The position numbers and the translations under genes are program-made. Source: a virus. From it: a DNA stretch of 64,000 nt. The stretch covers positions 96,001-160,000 of the IMG/VR virus record IMGVR_UViG_3300050821_002122; one strand, given 5' to 3'. The notes under the pieces were generated by a model that worked only from the letters and a program-made list of their open reading frames with translations, did no database searches and was not told the DNA's origin. Positions 1 to 9,454 of the stretch are shown here, piece by piece (the stretch's first letter is position 1; every line of letters starts with the position of its first letter).

Positions 1-1763
1 TTGCAGCGCACCTTTTGCAAGGGGTTGTTTCCCATATCCTCTTGGATACGGTACAGCAGGTCAATACCTTGCCAGCGATCAGCGATCATCGCAACAGCGT
101 TGGTGTCTTTGGCTAAAGGTAATATGGCGTGAGTGTAAAGCAGATTGAAGTTGATGAGACGACCCTCTTGCGGCATGCATTCCAGTATCGTATGCGCTAC
201 AGTCTTGCCGGTATCGAAATCATAGTGCATGGAAAGAATCACGAACGAGTTATTCACATGGCCTGCGTCAAGAAGAATCACCGAAGGCCAGCGCGTGGTG
301 CGAATACGTTCAATGCGTCCGTAAATTTCGTCTGGTCGGTCGAATGCATATTGGAAGTTGTGCGAGTTCTGACCATTGACAAACGTGCCCTCTTCGTACG
401 CCTTGATGGGTACATAGCGGCTATGGACCGTCGGTGGATTGGCGCCCCAGTCACGCTCTGCCTTTTCATAGTTAGAGGCGTAGGCCGAGGCGATCATAGG
501 TGTGTCACGTTCCATGGAAGGGTTGACCTCCCATGTTGGTAAATTCACACCTAGGATGAATTTGGAGCCAACTTCAGTGCGCGACTCGCGCAGAAGGCGC
601 ATCATTTTATCGCGTAGGCTGTAAGGAGAAGAAACCGAACCCATGATGCATGGTGGTGCCGAACTCATGCCCTCTTTCAACAAGCGCCAGCGAATGGCCT
701 GTACGGTAGCCAAGCTATTCAACAGCGACTTGTGGGCCTCGTCTGCGTTGGCGCGCTCGCTTTCCGAATCTTCCTCTTCATCACCTTTCGGTAATGGGAA
801 CAGACCCAACTCATCGATACCTGCTAGAATGCGCGTATCACCTCGAAGCGTAGATGAGCGAGGACCGGTCGGGTAGAAGCGAATGTTCTTGTGGTAGATA
901 TCCATATACAGGCTGGATACCCTATAGAAGTCCTTACCATATTTGGCCTTGGCTTGGTCAAGAACCGCAAAGTATGATTGGAACCACTTGGACTTCTCAA
1001 TCAGTTTTTTGAACGGTGTCCACATAACACCAATTGCTTTGGCGAAATTCAGGCTCACGAATGTGCCCGTCAACAGAGTGGAGGCCTGCATCTCTGACCG
1101 AGCCAACGATTCCAAGTCAGGGAACGTCAGGTAGCAGTGTGCAACGTAGGTAGCGTAACCAGCTGCAAACGAACTGGACTTACCACTACGTTGACCCAGC
1201 ACGTTCACCAATTGCTGGTAATCGTTTAGCCTGAAGTTCTTAATCAGGTCGTACTTGTGACGCTTGCATTTAGGACAGACGCCGTGTTCCAATAGCGTCA
1301 TGTGCTTAATGATCTCCTCACTATGCATCGATTTGGGTAACCGATGTACGTCAAGGTATTCCGGTTTGGTACACGCAGTACACACTTCACCGAACAACAT
1401 GATACCTGTCCACATCTGCTTCATCCAAGGTGGATTGGCATCACGCCCAATGATGTGATAAGCGTAATCGTAGTAATTTTTGGCACGCGGCAGATCACGG
1501 TCATCAATGCGCAGGTTACGCATCGTGCCAGTAACTGGGTCTTCTGCCATCTTCATCAACGTCCGCACATCGAAATCATCACCGTAACTATCTGGCATAA
1601 TGATCTCTTGGTCGTCTGGCAGTATGATCTTCGTCTTCTTGCCCTCACCTTTGCTAGCCGTATCCCATTTGGCTATCATCTCCAGATCGGAGTCAGATGT
1701 CAGATCAGGAAATAGGTCATTAAGAAGAACTATCTTCCTTACTTTCTTTGGAACGTCTTTCAT
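1..1763 (-). CDS. terL: Terminase large subunit (partial, runs off window start; absent from ORF track)
   Basis: Manual translation from ATG at 1763: Walker A LGQRSGKS, Walker B ILAGIDELG, motif VSSP, RNase H-like LLDAGHVNNSF and IADRWQG; no stop to base 1. Confidence 0.85.
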   Translation of the reverse strand, partial: MKDVPKKVRKIVLLNDLFPDLTSDSDLEMIAKWDTASKGEGKKTKIILPDDQEIIMPDSYGDDFDVRTLMKMAEDPVTGTMRNLRIDDRDLPRAKNYYDYAYHIIGRDANPPWMKQMWTGIMLFGEVCTACTKPEYLDVHRLPKSMHSEEIIKHMTLLEHGVCPKCKRHKYDLIKNFRLNDYQQLVNVLGQRSGKSSSFAAGYATYVAHCYLTFPDLESLARSEMQASTLLTGTFVSLNFAKAIGVMWTPFKKLIEKSKWFQSYFAVLDQAKAKYGKDFYRVSSLYMDIYHKNIRFYPTGPRSSTLRGDTRILAGIDELGLFPLPKGDEEEDSESERANADEAHKSLLNSLATVQAIRWRLLKEGMSSAPPCIMGSVSSPYSLRDKMMRLLRESRTEVGSKFILGVNLPTWEVNPSMERDTPMIASAYASNYEKAERDWGANPPTVHSRYVPIKAYEEGTFVNGQNSHNFQYAFDRPDEIYGRIERIRTTRWPSVILLDAGHVNNSFVILSMHYDFDTGKTVAHTILECMPQEGRLINFNLLYTHAILPLAKDTNAVAMIADRWQGIDLLYRIQEDMGNNPLQKVRC

Positions 1764-2343
1764 TTGGATTCCCCATTGGTATCGGTATTGGCATGATCTG
1801 TGGTTGCTTTGGTGCTACCGATGCCATAATGGCAGCAGCTTCATCAGGCTCCAGACCGTAGTAGCGCGCTATAAACTTCGACATCTTGATGTTGGCAGCA
1901 GTGGCGCTCATACGGTCAAATTTAGCGAATAGGGTTCCGTCTACTTCCGTGTTTAACAGACGTTGTACAACTTGCTGTGCTTGTGTTGCACCTGCCGAAC
2001 CGGCCATCGTCAATGGTCCTACCTCCTTGAGGAAGAATTCCCTGACTGCTTCTATGTTAGCCTCTATCTTGCTTGGTGCTTCTTTGCGGTAACCCTTCAA
2101 TCGGGCCTCAATCTCGTGGTCTATGGGGACCAGTTCCTTACGCCGGGTAATACTACTTCTCTTCTGCACCTCTGTGTAAATCGAATCGGAAAGCACAAAA
2201 AAGAAGCGACTTTTACGCCGCTTCTTTTGTGGTTCTGCTTGCGCCTTCGGTGAAGGCATTGCATAGGCTAGTTCCGACAGCGCACTAAGTATTCCGTCGG
2301 CCTTATCCTCCTCTTTGGTGTCTGTCAGGACTAGGCTATTCAT
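1720..2343 (-). CDS. Hypothetical protein upstream of terL (small terminase not supportable)
   Basis: 207 aa ORF tiling between recA and terL. Confidence 0.6.
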   Translation of the reverse strand: MNSLVLTDTKEEDKADGILSALSELAYAMPSPKAQAEPQKKRRKSRFFFVLSDSIYTEVQKRSSITRRKELVPIDHEIEARLKGYRKEAPSKIEANIEAVREFFLKEVGPLTMAGSAGATQAQQVVQRLLNTEVDGTLFAKFDRMSATAANIKMSKFIARYYGLEPDEAAAIMASVAPKQPQIMPIPIPMGNPNERRSKESKEDSSS

Positions 2344-3780
2344 TTACTCTCCGTCAGGTTCTTCGTTGCATGCTACGTAAAGTTCCTCACCCTTGCCGCT
2401 AGCGATCTGCTTGAAGCAGTATGCTCGCAACGACATCGATTTGAAGCCAGCTTTCTTACTGATCTTAATCATTTGGTCACGATCACCCAACACCCAGGCC
2501 TTGTAGTCGTACCAGCTTAGGGGCTTGGCAGTACCGAGCCCGTCAAGCTTGAGCGTCAGTTTCTCTCGGCCTTTGCCAGCCAGTTGACCAGTCAAGCGTA
2601 GGTAGTGTATGGTATCGAAGAACGGATCGAAACCACGGGCTACACCGCTACCGTCTTGCTCCCATATACGTACCCAGACTTTACGACCTGGTGTCCACAG
2701 CTTGTTCTTGATGGCCTTGACCTGAATGTAGCGATAGATATCCTTACCTTCGAATTCGACGGACTTCTCAACCTCGCTGCGGTTATCATTGAAGTTCTTT
2801 GGCCACAAAGGCATACCGGAAGCACGCGCAGTATTACGAGTGCGAACGTCAGAATTGAAACGCAGAGCCTTCCCGCCTGGTTCTTGTTCTTTCGGACCGT
2901 ACATAGCCATCGGGATATCGCGCAACTGATTTACACCCAGCAATGCTACCATCTTTTCAGCCAAACGACCCTTGACTCGTGGCAAATGCTTGGCAAACAT
3001 CCGAGCGGCTAAGCCAAGGCTGTTGTTTGCATCCTCTTCATCATTGGCGGCTGGATTCATGGCTGGGTACGAGTCAACAAAGAAGATACCCTGCAGATTG
3101 CCGTCCGGTGCCGGAAGCCAGTAGCCTTTGCCGTATTTCTTGGTCATCGACGAGTCAGCCATATCCCCGTATTTGGCCTTATTCTCCTTTGTCTCATCGA
3201 AGCGCAACCACCATTTCTTGGCAATAAATTTCTTGTCTGGTAACTTACGTAGAACCTCCGACATGTAGTCGAAGAATTTATCGCCAACAGATTCAGAGTG
3301 GTAGCGAACTATTGGGCGTATTACCCACTTACCCGTATCTTCATCTCGTTTGCCGAATAGTTGATTTTTCTCCAACTTAACTCCAGCGCCACGAATGATC
3401 GATTCTACGTAACGCTTGGAGTTTCGGGTACTCCCCTCATAATCCCAAAATTCCAACAAGGGAATCTTCGCCTTAATAGCGTTGGCCATGACGGTCAGCG
3501 TATTAGTTGTCTTCGCTGTCTGCTCCCAACCCGAGGAAGTGTACATGCCAGCGCGAACACCACCACCGAGTTGGATATCAAGGCACAGCATGCCGGTAGA
3601 CATCGGGTCACCAATGTCCAAGCTGGAGACCTCTACGCCTTGACGGCGAGCGATTACATCCAGTTGATCCCCGTAGATGGAGGCATAATCGAACTTCTCG
3701 GTTGATCCTTTTTTCTTCTTGGATTTCGGCTCTTCCGCTTCGACATCAACCTCTACGTCTTTCTGTTTCTTTTTTGCCAT
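2344..3780 (-). CDS. recA: RecA/UvsX-like recombinase
   Basis: STGMLCLDIQLGGG, Walker A GWEQTAKT, Walker B IFFVDS, NQLR..PGGKALRFNSDVR. Confidence 0.9.
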   Translation of the reverse strand: MAKKKQKDVEVDVEAEEPKSKKKKGSTEKFDYASIYGDQLDVIARRQGVEVSSLDIGDPMSTGMLCLDIQLGGGVRAGMYTSSGWEQTAKTTNTLTVMANAIKAKIPLLEFWDYEGSTRNSKRYVESIIRGAGVKLEKNQLFGKRDEDTGKWVIRPIVRYHSESVGDKFFDYMSEVLRKLPDKKFIAKKWWLRFDETKENKAKYGDMADSSMTKKYGKGYWLPAPDGNLQGIFFVDSYPAMNPAANDEEDANNSLGLAARMFAKHLPRVKGRLAEKMVALLGVNQLRDIPMAMYGPKEQEPGGKALRFNSDVRTRNTARASGMPLWPKNFNDNRSEVEKSVEFEGKDIYRYIQVKAIKNKLWTPGRKVWVRIWEQDGSGVARGFDPFFDTIHYLRLTGQLAGKGREKLTLKLDGLGTAKPLSWYDYKAWVLGDRDQMIKISKKAGFKSMSLRAYCFKQIASGKGEELYVACNEEPDGE

Positions 3781-3798
3781 GTTAGCTCCGTGATAGAC

Positions 3799-3840
3799 AA
3801 AAGAAAAGCCCCAGCCTGAGCTACCTCTACCGGCTGGGGC
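3799..3840 (-). terminator. Rho-independent terminator
   Basis: GCCCCAGCC/GGCTGGGGC stem followed by TTTTCTTTT on minus strand. Confidence 0.75.
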
Positions 3841-3849
3841 GACTCTTAA

Positions 3850-5391
3850 TTACTTCTTCTTGGACTTTTTCTTTTTCTTCGCTGGAGGTTCGTCATCGTA
3901 ATCCTCATCATCCTCATCATCCTCATCGTCATCCAGGTCGTCGTCGAGGTCATCATCGTCCTCGTCATCGTCTTTGGATTTCTTCGACTTGCCTTTTGCC
4001 TTCACCTTGGGCTTGCTTTTGGATTTCTTGCCCTTCTTGGGTTCGTCATCCTCCTCGTCTTCGTCCTCATCGTCGTCTTCATCGTCGAGGTCATCATCAT
4101 CCTCCTCGTCTTCGTCTTCGTCCTCATCATCTTTCTTCGACTTGCCCTTCGACTTCGCTTTTACCTTGGACTTTCCTTTGCCTTTCTTTGGCTCGTCGTC
4201 TTCATCCTCATCATCGTCATCCTCATCATCGTCATCGTCATCATCATCGTCCTCGTCATCATCGTCACGGGATTTCTTCGATTTCGATTTACCTTTCGAT
4301 TTGCCCTTTTTGGGCTTCTCATCCTCATCGTCGTCATCGTCCTCATCGTCGTCATCGTCCTCATCGTCGTCATCGTCGTCGAGGTCATCATCCTCATCTT
4401 TGGACTTCTTGCCCTTCGATTTTGATTTGGACTTCTTGCCCTTCTTGGGTTCGTCATCCTCATCTTCATCGTCGTCATCCAGGTCATCGTCATCGCGCGA
4501 TTTGGATTTCTTGGCTTTGCCCTTGGACTTCTTGCCCTTCTTTGGCTCGTCGTCGTCATCCAGGTCATCGTCTGGCAGGTCGTCTTCGTCCTCGTCGTCA
4601 TCCTTCTTGGATTTTTTACCCTTCAGCTTAATGCCGTTGCGTTTGGCCCAACCTTCGAAGTCGGCTTTTACCTCAGCTGCTTTCATCGGTTCTTCCAGAT
4701 CGCTCAGATCGTATTTCAGGTATTCCATTTCCTCTTCGGTCAACGGAGTGCGCTTACCGATGACTACCTGATACTGGTTGGCCGGCTCTTTGGTCGAGTC
4801 GTACATGATGCGGATATCGCAACCATACTTCTCATGCGTGACCGGGTAAGCTTTGGCGCCACCCTTCTTGCTTTCGACGATGTTCAGGCCGCCTTGCTCT
4901 TTGATCTTGGTCAGCGCTGAGGTAGTCAGGCGAACCGGCACGATTGGCGTCCACGAGTCGGAGTCTTTGTCTTTGAAGCCGGCTTTGCGTTCGCTTTTGG
5001 TATGCTTCGGTTTCTTACGTGGTTCGTCTTTCTGCGCCTTACGCAGGATCGCATTGATGAAGCCTTGCTTGGAGAAGTTACCACATTGGTCCTTCTGCTC
5101 CATATCCGACTGCGAAGCGATCAGATCGCGCCATGGATCGTATATGGCGCCATCACGTTGCTGCGTTGCCGCATCATACGAGGGGCATGGCGTGTAGAAC
5201 GTGGTCTTTTTGCCCTCTTTGTTCTTGGTCTTGATCCAGTAGCCACCGTAGGTGTAGATCGAACCAATCAAACGCAGTTCAACCCACTTCTTTTCAGGGA
5301 ACTTGAACTGCGGGATTTTGTCACTGATCTTGCCACGTTTGTTGCCACCGCCTGCTAGTACATCGTTGAGGTCCGTGCCCTTTTGTGCCAT
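3850..5391 (-). CDS. Putative ssDNA-binding protein (gp32-like core) with long D/E-K low-complexity tail
   Basis: ~250 aa globular N-terminus (GCDIRIMYD..QYQV), adjacent to recA; C-terminal half alternates poly-D/E and K-rich blocks. Confidence 0.6.
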   Translation of the reverse strand: MAQKGTDLNDVLAGGGNKRGKISDKIPQFKFPEKKWVELRLIGSIYTYGGYWIKTKNKEGKKTTFYTPCPSYDAATQQRDGAIYDPWRDLIASQSDMEQKDQCGNFSKQGFINAILRKAQKDEPRKKPKHTKSERKAGFKDKDSDSWTPIVPVRLTTSALTKIKEQGGLNIVESKKGGAKAYPVTHEKYGCDIRIMYDSTKEPANQYQVVIGKRTPLTEEEMEYLKYDLSDLEEPMKAAEVKADFEGWAKRNGIKLKGKKSKKDDDEDEDDLPDDDLDDDDEPKKGKKSKGKAKKSKSRDDDDLDDDDEDEDDEPKKGKKSKSKSKGKKSKDEDDDLDDDDDDEDDDDDEDDDDDEDEKPKKGKSKGKSKSKKSRDDDDEDDDDDDDDDEDDDDEDEDDEPKKGKGKSKVKAKSKGKSKKDDEDEDEDEEDDDDLDDEDDDEDEDEEDDEPKKGKKSKSKPKVKAKGKSKKSKDDDEDDDDLDDDLDDDEDDEDDEDYDDEPPAKKKKKSKKK

Positions 5392-5418
5392 TTGATGCTC
5401 CTGTTACGGTTGAGTTAT

Positions 5419-5814
5419 TTATACGCCAGATACTAAGCAGCCCGTAGAATGCACGAGTTTGCCTTCACTGTCTACGGACACCACACCGAGATAATCTCTC
5501 GGCAAATTCAATTCTGTTTGAGTGTTTGGGTGATAAAAGGCTGGCGTCAAAATATCCATGCCAAACAAAACTGCCATGACACCTTTGTCTACTATTTCCT
5601 TTTCACCATAAGGGTCTATCAGACTGTAGAAGTCCGAGTCGGCGATCATGGTAGCGTACACACTACCTCCGCATATCAAAACGCGATTCTTGGCGTGTGC
5701 ATTCGCCGCAAGTGACATCTCCGCGATCAGCTTCGGCGACATGGGTATCCTGAATTCAGGCACCTCAGTTGCTGCTGCCGCTCCGATGTAACTTATGCAT
5801 TGTTCGAGGTTCAT
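5419..5814 (-). CDS. Hypothetical protein, paralog of 9708..10091
   Basis: Start MNLEQ at 5814 overlaps upstream stop; shared motif IDP..E....G....FGM.I.T.A.Y. Confidence 0.6.
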   Translation of the reverse strand: MNLEQCISYIGAAAATEVPEFRIPMSPKLIAEMSLAANAHAKNRVLICGGSVYATMIADSDFYSLIDPYGEKEIVDKGVMAVLFGMDILTPAFYHPNTQTELNLPRDYLGVVSVDSEGKLVHSTGCLVSGV

Positions 5815-6146
5815 CTTGACTCCGATAGTGTTAGCGCTTGTATGATCTGCACCATACCAGCTTTCGTTTTCTCGTCTGTGGTCTCCCTTGCTAACTGGTT
5901 CAGAGACATCAGCGTAGTCTGAATAAGACCAGCATACTGATCGCACTTTTGGATGCCACGTTCATCCATGTGCTTCATGATATTATTTACTAGCTCACGA
6001 ATACCGTCTTCGCCCAGCTTCTCGGTAAGCAGTTGGGCCGTAGTCCCTTCCGCCTGTTTGGCGCGAAGTTGGTAATCTTGCAGCAGGTTCTTGTATGCCT
6101 GGACCACGACGTTAGGGCCTGTCTGTTGCGTATCAAGACGGCTCAT
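5811..6146 (-). CDS. Hypothetical helical protein
   Basis: Start MSRLD at 6146; tiles between neighbours. Confidence 0.55.
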   Translation of the reverse strand: MSRLDTQQTGPNVVVQAYKNLLQDYQLRAKQAEGTTAQLLTEKLGEDGIRELVNNIMKHMDERGIQKCDQYAGLIQTTLMSLNQLARETTDEKTKAGMVQIIQALTLSESR

Positions 6147-7101
6147 ATACCAGTGCCTCCAATAGTTGTCGATCAGTCGGTGATACGTATTGCGGGATGC
6201 CCAGCGAGGTCCTGACCAAGCCATGTGGATCAGTGCAATACGCGACGTAGGCTACGTGTGCCCACAGCTCGCTTTCAACGTCTGGATTAGTGACACCGAT
6301 GAAGTCGTGTACCGCATCGCCATGTTCTTCTATCAGACCTTCGTAAGAAGAATCCGATGTGCCTTGCGCGAGTTGCGCTACCTCACCCTTTGCTGACTTG
6401 TACCAATTCTGGATGAAGGTCGTCAGTACACCCTGCCGAGGATCGCATCGGTCAACCGAACGTGATACGATTACCATGTATATCTGCACGATGTCGTCCA
6501 GCTTGACCAGGTAGCTGAAGTCTTTATAGGTCCGCTGCGCGTTCATGATCGTCATGCGCGCATACTTCTCGATGATCTTATTTTTCCATCCGATGGCTTT
6601 GGTGTCCCAGAACTTCGTCTCCTGTATTGCTTGATAGAGATTACCTTGAGGTCGAAGTCCTATGTTGGTTTCAATGCGATGCGTGATCGACCGACGAATC
6701 TCTGGCTTCAGCTTAACGAACTGAAGCTCAGTATAGGTTTTTAGGTAGCGCAAGAAAAAGCCCACAAGACCGAACAGCAAGCCACGGTTAATGTACATCT
6801 CCCGTATATTCGTGAAGGCTTTCTCTTGATCTTCTGCGATCAGTGCATTGAACAATTGGATCGGTAATTTCTGCCGATCGTTGGACGTGAATTTAGCGCT
6901 GGAGCGCAAGCTCTGTCGTGCAACCACTTTAGCAAAGTAGGTGTAGAACAAAGAGGGACACTCGGTGGCTATGGGATGCAAGGACTTCCAAATGAAGGAG
7001 TCCAGCGTTTGCAGATATTGTAGGCTGGTGTAGTTTGTGGTAATCGACTCTTTGGAAATTTTAATCTGGTCAAATACCTGACTATGTTCGTAACTGGCCA
7101 A
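6133..7101 (-). CDS. Phage sigma-70-like factor (region 2 present, region 4 apparently absent)
   Basis: IIEKYARMTIMNAQRTY..LDDIVQ..VSRSVDRCDPRQGVLTTFIQNWYK aligns by eye to sigma-70 region 2 (LIEANLRLV..DLIQEG..KAVEKFD..G.FSTYATWW). Confidence 0.7.
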   Translation of the reverse strand: MASYEHSQVFDQIKISKESITTNYTSLQYLQTLDSFIWKSLHPIATECPSLFYTYFAKVVARQSLRSSAKFTSNDRQKLPIQLFNALIAEDQEKAFTNIREMYINRGLLFGLVGFFLRYLKTYTELQFVKLKPEIRRSITHRIETNIGLRPQGNLYQAIQETKFWDTKAIGWKNKIIEKYARMTIMNAQRTYKDFSYLVKLDDIVQIYMVIVSRSVDRCDPRQGVLTTFIQNWYKSAKGEVAQLAQGTSDSSYEGLIEEHGDAVHDFIGVTNPDVESELWAHVAYVAYCTDPHGLVRTSLGIPQYVSPTDRQLLEALVYEPS

Positions 7102-7149
7102 GGTGTTTCCTTTCAGTTCAATCTTCGCAATTCCCTAACATCATAGCCA

Positions 7150-7575
7150 TTACAGGTACCCTTGCGGAAGTTTTGGTTTGATGAGGTTGACCAATGCTAC
7201 CTGATGCTTACACAAGCCGATCTTGAAGGTCGGATTGGTAGTGGTAGGAGGCTCTCCATTGGAGTACTCGATTTCTGCGGCACCTTTTTGTGTATTGGCC
7301 CACTCCCACCGGAAGGTCTGGTCTCCGCAAGAGCAGCTTGCTACAACGTGTAGTTTCTTATCAACGAAGGTCAGCATCGTCAAATACCGATGCTTGTTAG
7401 TGTTGCGGACCATACGACCGTCTGCGCCTACCTTATGGGTGGAGTAAGTCTGAGCCGCAATGTAGCCTTGACCCAGCTTGTTGTGACCTATCTTGGTCTT
7501 GATGATCTTGACGTAGGCCGCACGTTGCTTGCGGTGTTCATCAGTTCTCGCCATCAGAGATTTCAGTGCGCGCAT
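7150..7575 (-). CDS. SWIM-type zinc-finger protein
   Basis: ASCSCGD ... GLCKH spacing of SWIM domain. Confidence 0.65.
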   Translation of the reverse strand: MRALKSLMARTDEHRKQRAAYVKIIKTKIGHNKLGQGYIAAQTYSTHKVGADGRMVRNTNKHRYLTMLTFVDKKLHVVASCSCGDQTFRWEWANTQKGAAEIEYSNGEPPTTTNPTFKIGLCKHQVALVNLIKPKLPQGYL

Positions 7576-7600
7576 CGCATTCTCCTTGAAAGAATTAAAT

Positions 7601-7768
7601 TCACGGAATCGGTTTGCTCAGCTTGCCGTAGAGACTAACTGAGGCCCAAGACGCGAAGCCCATAAAGGTCATCATGAGACCATGCCAGTGACCGCTAAAG
7701 AAACCGTGGATGGCTAATCCAGCGAAGATGAGGGTCGTGACGATGCTAAACCACTTGATGAATTTCAT
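7601..7768 (-). CDS. Small membrane protein
   Basis: Two hydrophobic stretches; start MKFIK. Confidence 0.5.
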   Translation of the reverse strand: MKFIKWFSIVTTLIFAGLAIHGFFSGHWHGLMMTFMGFASWASVSLYGKLSKPIP

Positions 7769-8177
7769 AGGGATTCCACCTGTAGGCAAAAAGAAGAAGG
7801 GTCATATTGTCATGACGGAAGGAGATTGGTGTGGCTTCATTACGGCGTACCACAGGACCAGCAGCGTTACGGCCCTCCGATATAGGAGCCGGAAACATAC
7901 CACGCCGCGCATCAACAATGAATGCGTCGATCTTCTCTTTGGTACCTGGCCCATAGCAAACTGCCTGTCGCTTGCCATTGTAGCTGCCTCGATTTCGTAC
8001 CACTATGATTGCTCCGTAATCGCGCATCGTCTGCAAGTGATTGCGCGCGGTGCTGTCTGATATAACGAAGTGATTGGCGAGATCAGCGGACGTAGCGCAG
8101 TGGGTTCTCATATACTCTGCCGAATTCTCCAGCATCACCTCTCGGGTGACTGCTCTGTTTCTTCGTATTAAGGTCAT
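7746..8177 (-). CDS. Winged-helix HTH DNA-binding protein
   Basis: TSADLANHFVISDSTARNHLQTM resembles DeoR/HTH_11 helix-turn-helix. Confidence 0.6.
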   Translation of the reverse strand: MTLIRRNRAVTREVMLENSAEYMRTHCATSADLANHFVISDSTARNHLQTMRDYGAIIVVRNRGSYNGKRQAVCYGPGTKEKIDAFIVDARRGMFPAPISEGRNAAGPVVRRNEATPISFRHDNMTLLLFAYRWNPYEIHQVV

Positions 8178-8186
8178 GGTAAGCTC

Positions 8187-8789
8187 CTATTTGGATCGCC
8201 AGGCTTCGATTTCTGACATGCGCGTACCGTAATGTTTCACCTTATCAGCATCACGCTGGCCGCTGTTACCAGCTTTACGCTTACCCATTCGTGCAGCCGC
8301 CTTACGCCAGATTGCCTTGAAGGCTTCACCTTCAAAGAAGTCCATTTCTAGGTGCGCAATAATATCCTCGCACTCAGCTTTGTAAGGCTCCAGACGTTTC
8401 GGGTGGTGAATATCGGCAAGATAGTAATTGACGTCACCTCCACTATTTTCTGGTTCTATCTCCGACGGAATGGCGCGCCTGAACTCATCCTGTGTAACCG
8501 CGCAAGATGCACCGACGCCGGGACCTATGTCGAGAATAGAGAGATCATCCGAAAAGGCATCAGGGTATAATTCTACTTCACCGAATTTACGGGCGACTAT
8601 AGCTACCTTCTTCCTTTCGTGTTCAACAACGCGCTCGTCGACCGTAATACGGTAACTGAATCCCATCTCAGTAAGTTCTTCGATAACCTCAGCTACGACG
8701 AAGCAACTATCCAGAATTCGTTTGACCAACTCTGCGCGTGCGCCCACTGACTTGGGATTAACTACTCGCAAGATAGATACCTGGCTCAT
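8187..8789 (-). CDS. Two-domain protein, C-terminal DUF3310/T7 gp1.7-like domain
   Basis: GGDVNYY..ECEDII..FFEGEAFKAIWR..DADKVKHY resembles the DUF3310 pattern. Confidence 0.4.
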   Translation of the reverse strand: MSQVSILRVVNPKSVGARAELVKRILDSCFVVAEVIEELTEMGFSYRITVDERVVEHERKKVAIVARKFGEVELYPDAFSDDLSILDIGPGVGASCAVTQDEFRRAIPSEIEPENSGGDVNYYLADIHHPKRLEPYKAECEDIIAHLEMDFFEGEAFKAIWRKAAARMGKRKAGNSGQRDADKVKHYGTRMSEIEAWRSK

Positions 8790-9055
8790 TTTGCGTCCTT
8801 CCACTTAGGAATCACTGGCTGACTGTCTGGTACGTCTATGATCGGTACTGGTATGATATCCGACGTAAAGCAGTGTATCCGAGTGTCGAGGATGTCACAA
8901 TATTCGAGCATCGCTCGTCGTTGATGTACCAGGTGCGACAGATCGCGTGCGCTCAAAGCCTTAGCTGAATCGCCAGCGAGGAATGCGGTCAACGCCGTAA
9001 GCTTGGTATGCAACTCGTCACGTTCTTTTACAACTCGTTCTTGGTAGGCTTCCAT
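8786..9055 (-). CDS. Small coiled-coil phage protein (crAss001_48-like)
   Basis: YQERVVKERDEL..KL..L..FL..L..Q..AM..Y..IL..RI pattern. Confidence 0.5.
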   Translation of the reverse strand: MEAYQERVVKERDELHTKLTALTAFLAGDSAKALSARDLSHLVHQRRAMLEYCDILDTRIHCFTSDIIPVPIIDVPDSQPVIPKWKDAK

Positions 9056-9453
9056 TATTCGCTCCTGTGGATGACGGTTTGATCTTCGAGGCTAACTACC
9101 CGAATGCCGATATTGGCATGTGTGATGATGCACGGTGGGCGTGACCGCAGCATACCATCTGCTCTATCTTGATCGAGAACAGCAAGCACATGGTTGACCA
9201 CTATCTTCACCTTATCGAGTTGTTCAGGGTCCAAAGGCCACAGTGCAGGAGGCATCGGATTGAATATAGAAACCAGCGCCTGGTTCGGTACGCTGATTTT
9301 CTCCATATGAATACGACCACCCGAGATTGCACCCATCTCAGACACTTTGTACTGAAGGTAGTCTTCTGCATACAGGTGATGGACCGCCTGCATATCTTCT
9401 GCTGTGGGTATGTCACCAGGTTTACCCATGGTGATGTGAATGAACGTCCGCAT
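9055..9453 (-). CDS. Hypothetical protein
   Basis: Start MRTFIH at 9453; tiles. Confidence 0.5.
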   Translation of the reverse strand: MRTFIHITMGKPGDIPTAEDMQAVHHLYAEDYLQYKVSEMGAISGGRIHMEKISVPNQALVSIFNPMPPALWPLDPEQLDKVKIVVNHVLAVLDQDRADGMLRSRPPCIITHANIGIRVVSLEDQTVIHRSE

Positions 9454-9454
9454 G

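Noticed and set aside
1720-2343. Terminase small subunit
   Set aside because: Position fits but no recognisable motif
3974-4771. Long poly-Ser and His/Arg-rich plus-strand ORFs
   Set aside because: Antisense and frame shadows of the D/E/K repeat gene
8786-9055. Anti-CBASS Acb2
   Set aside because: Helical pattern fits the crAss001_48-like family and lacks the recalled Acb2 GYR.L and AQP motifs
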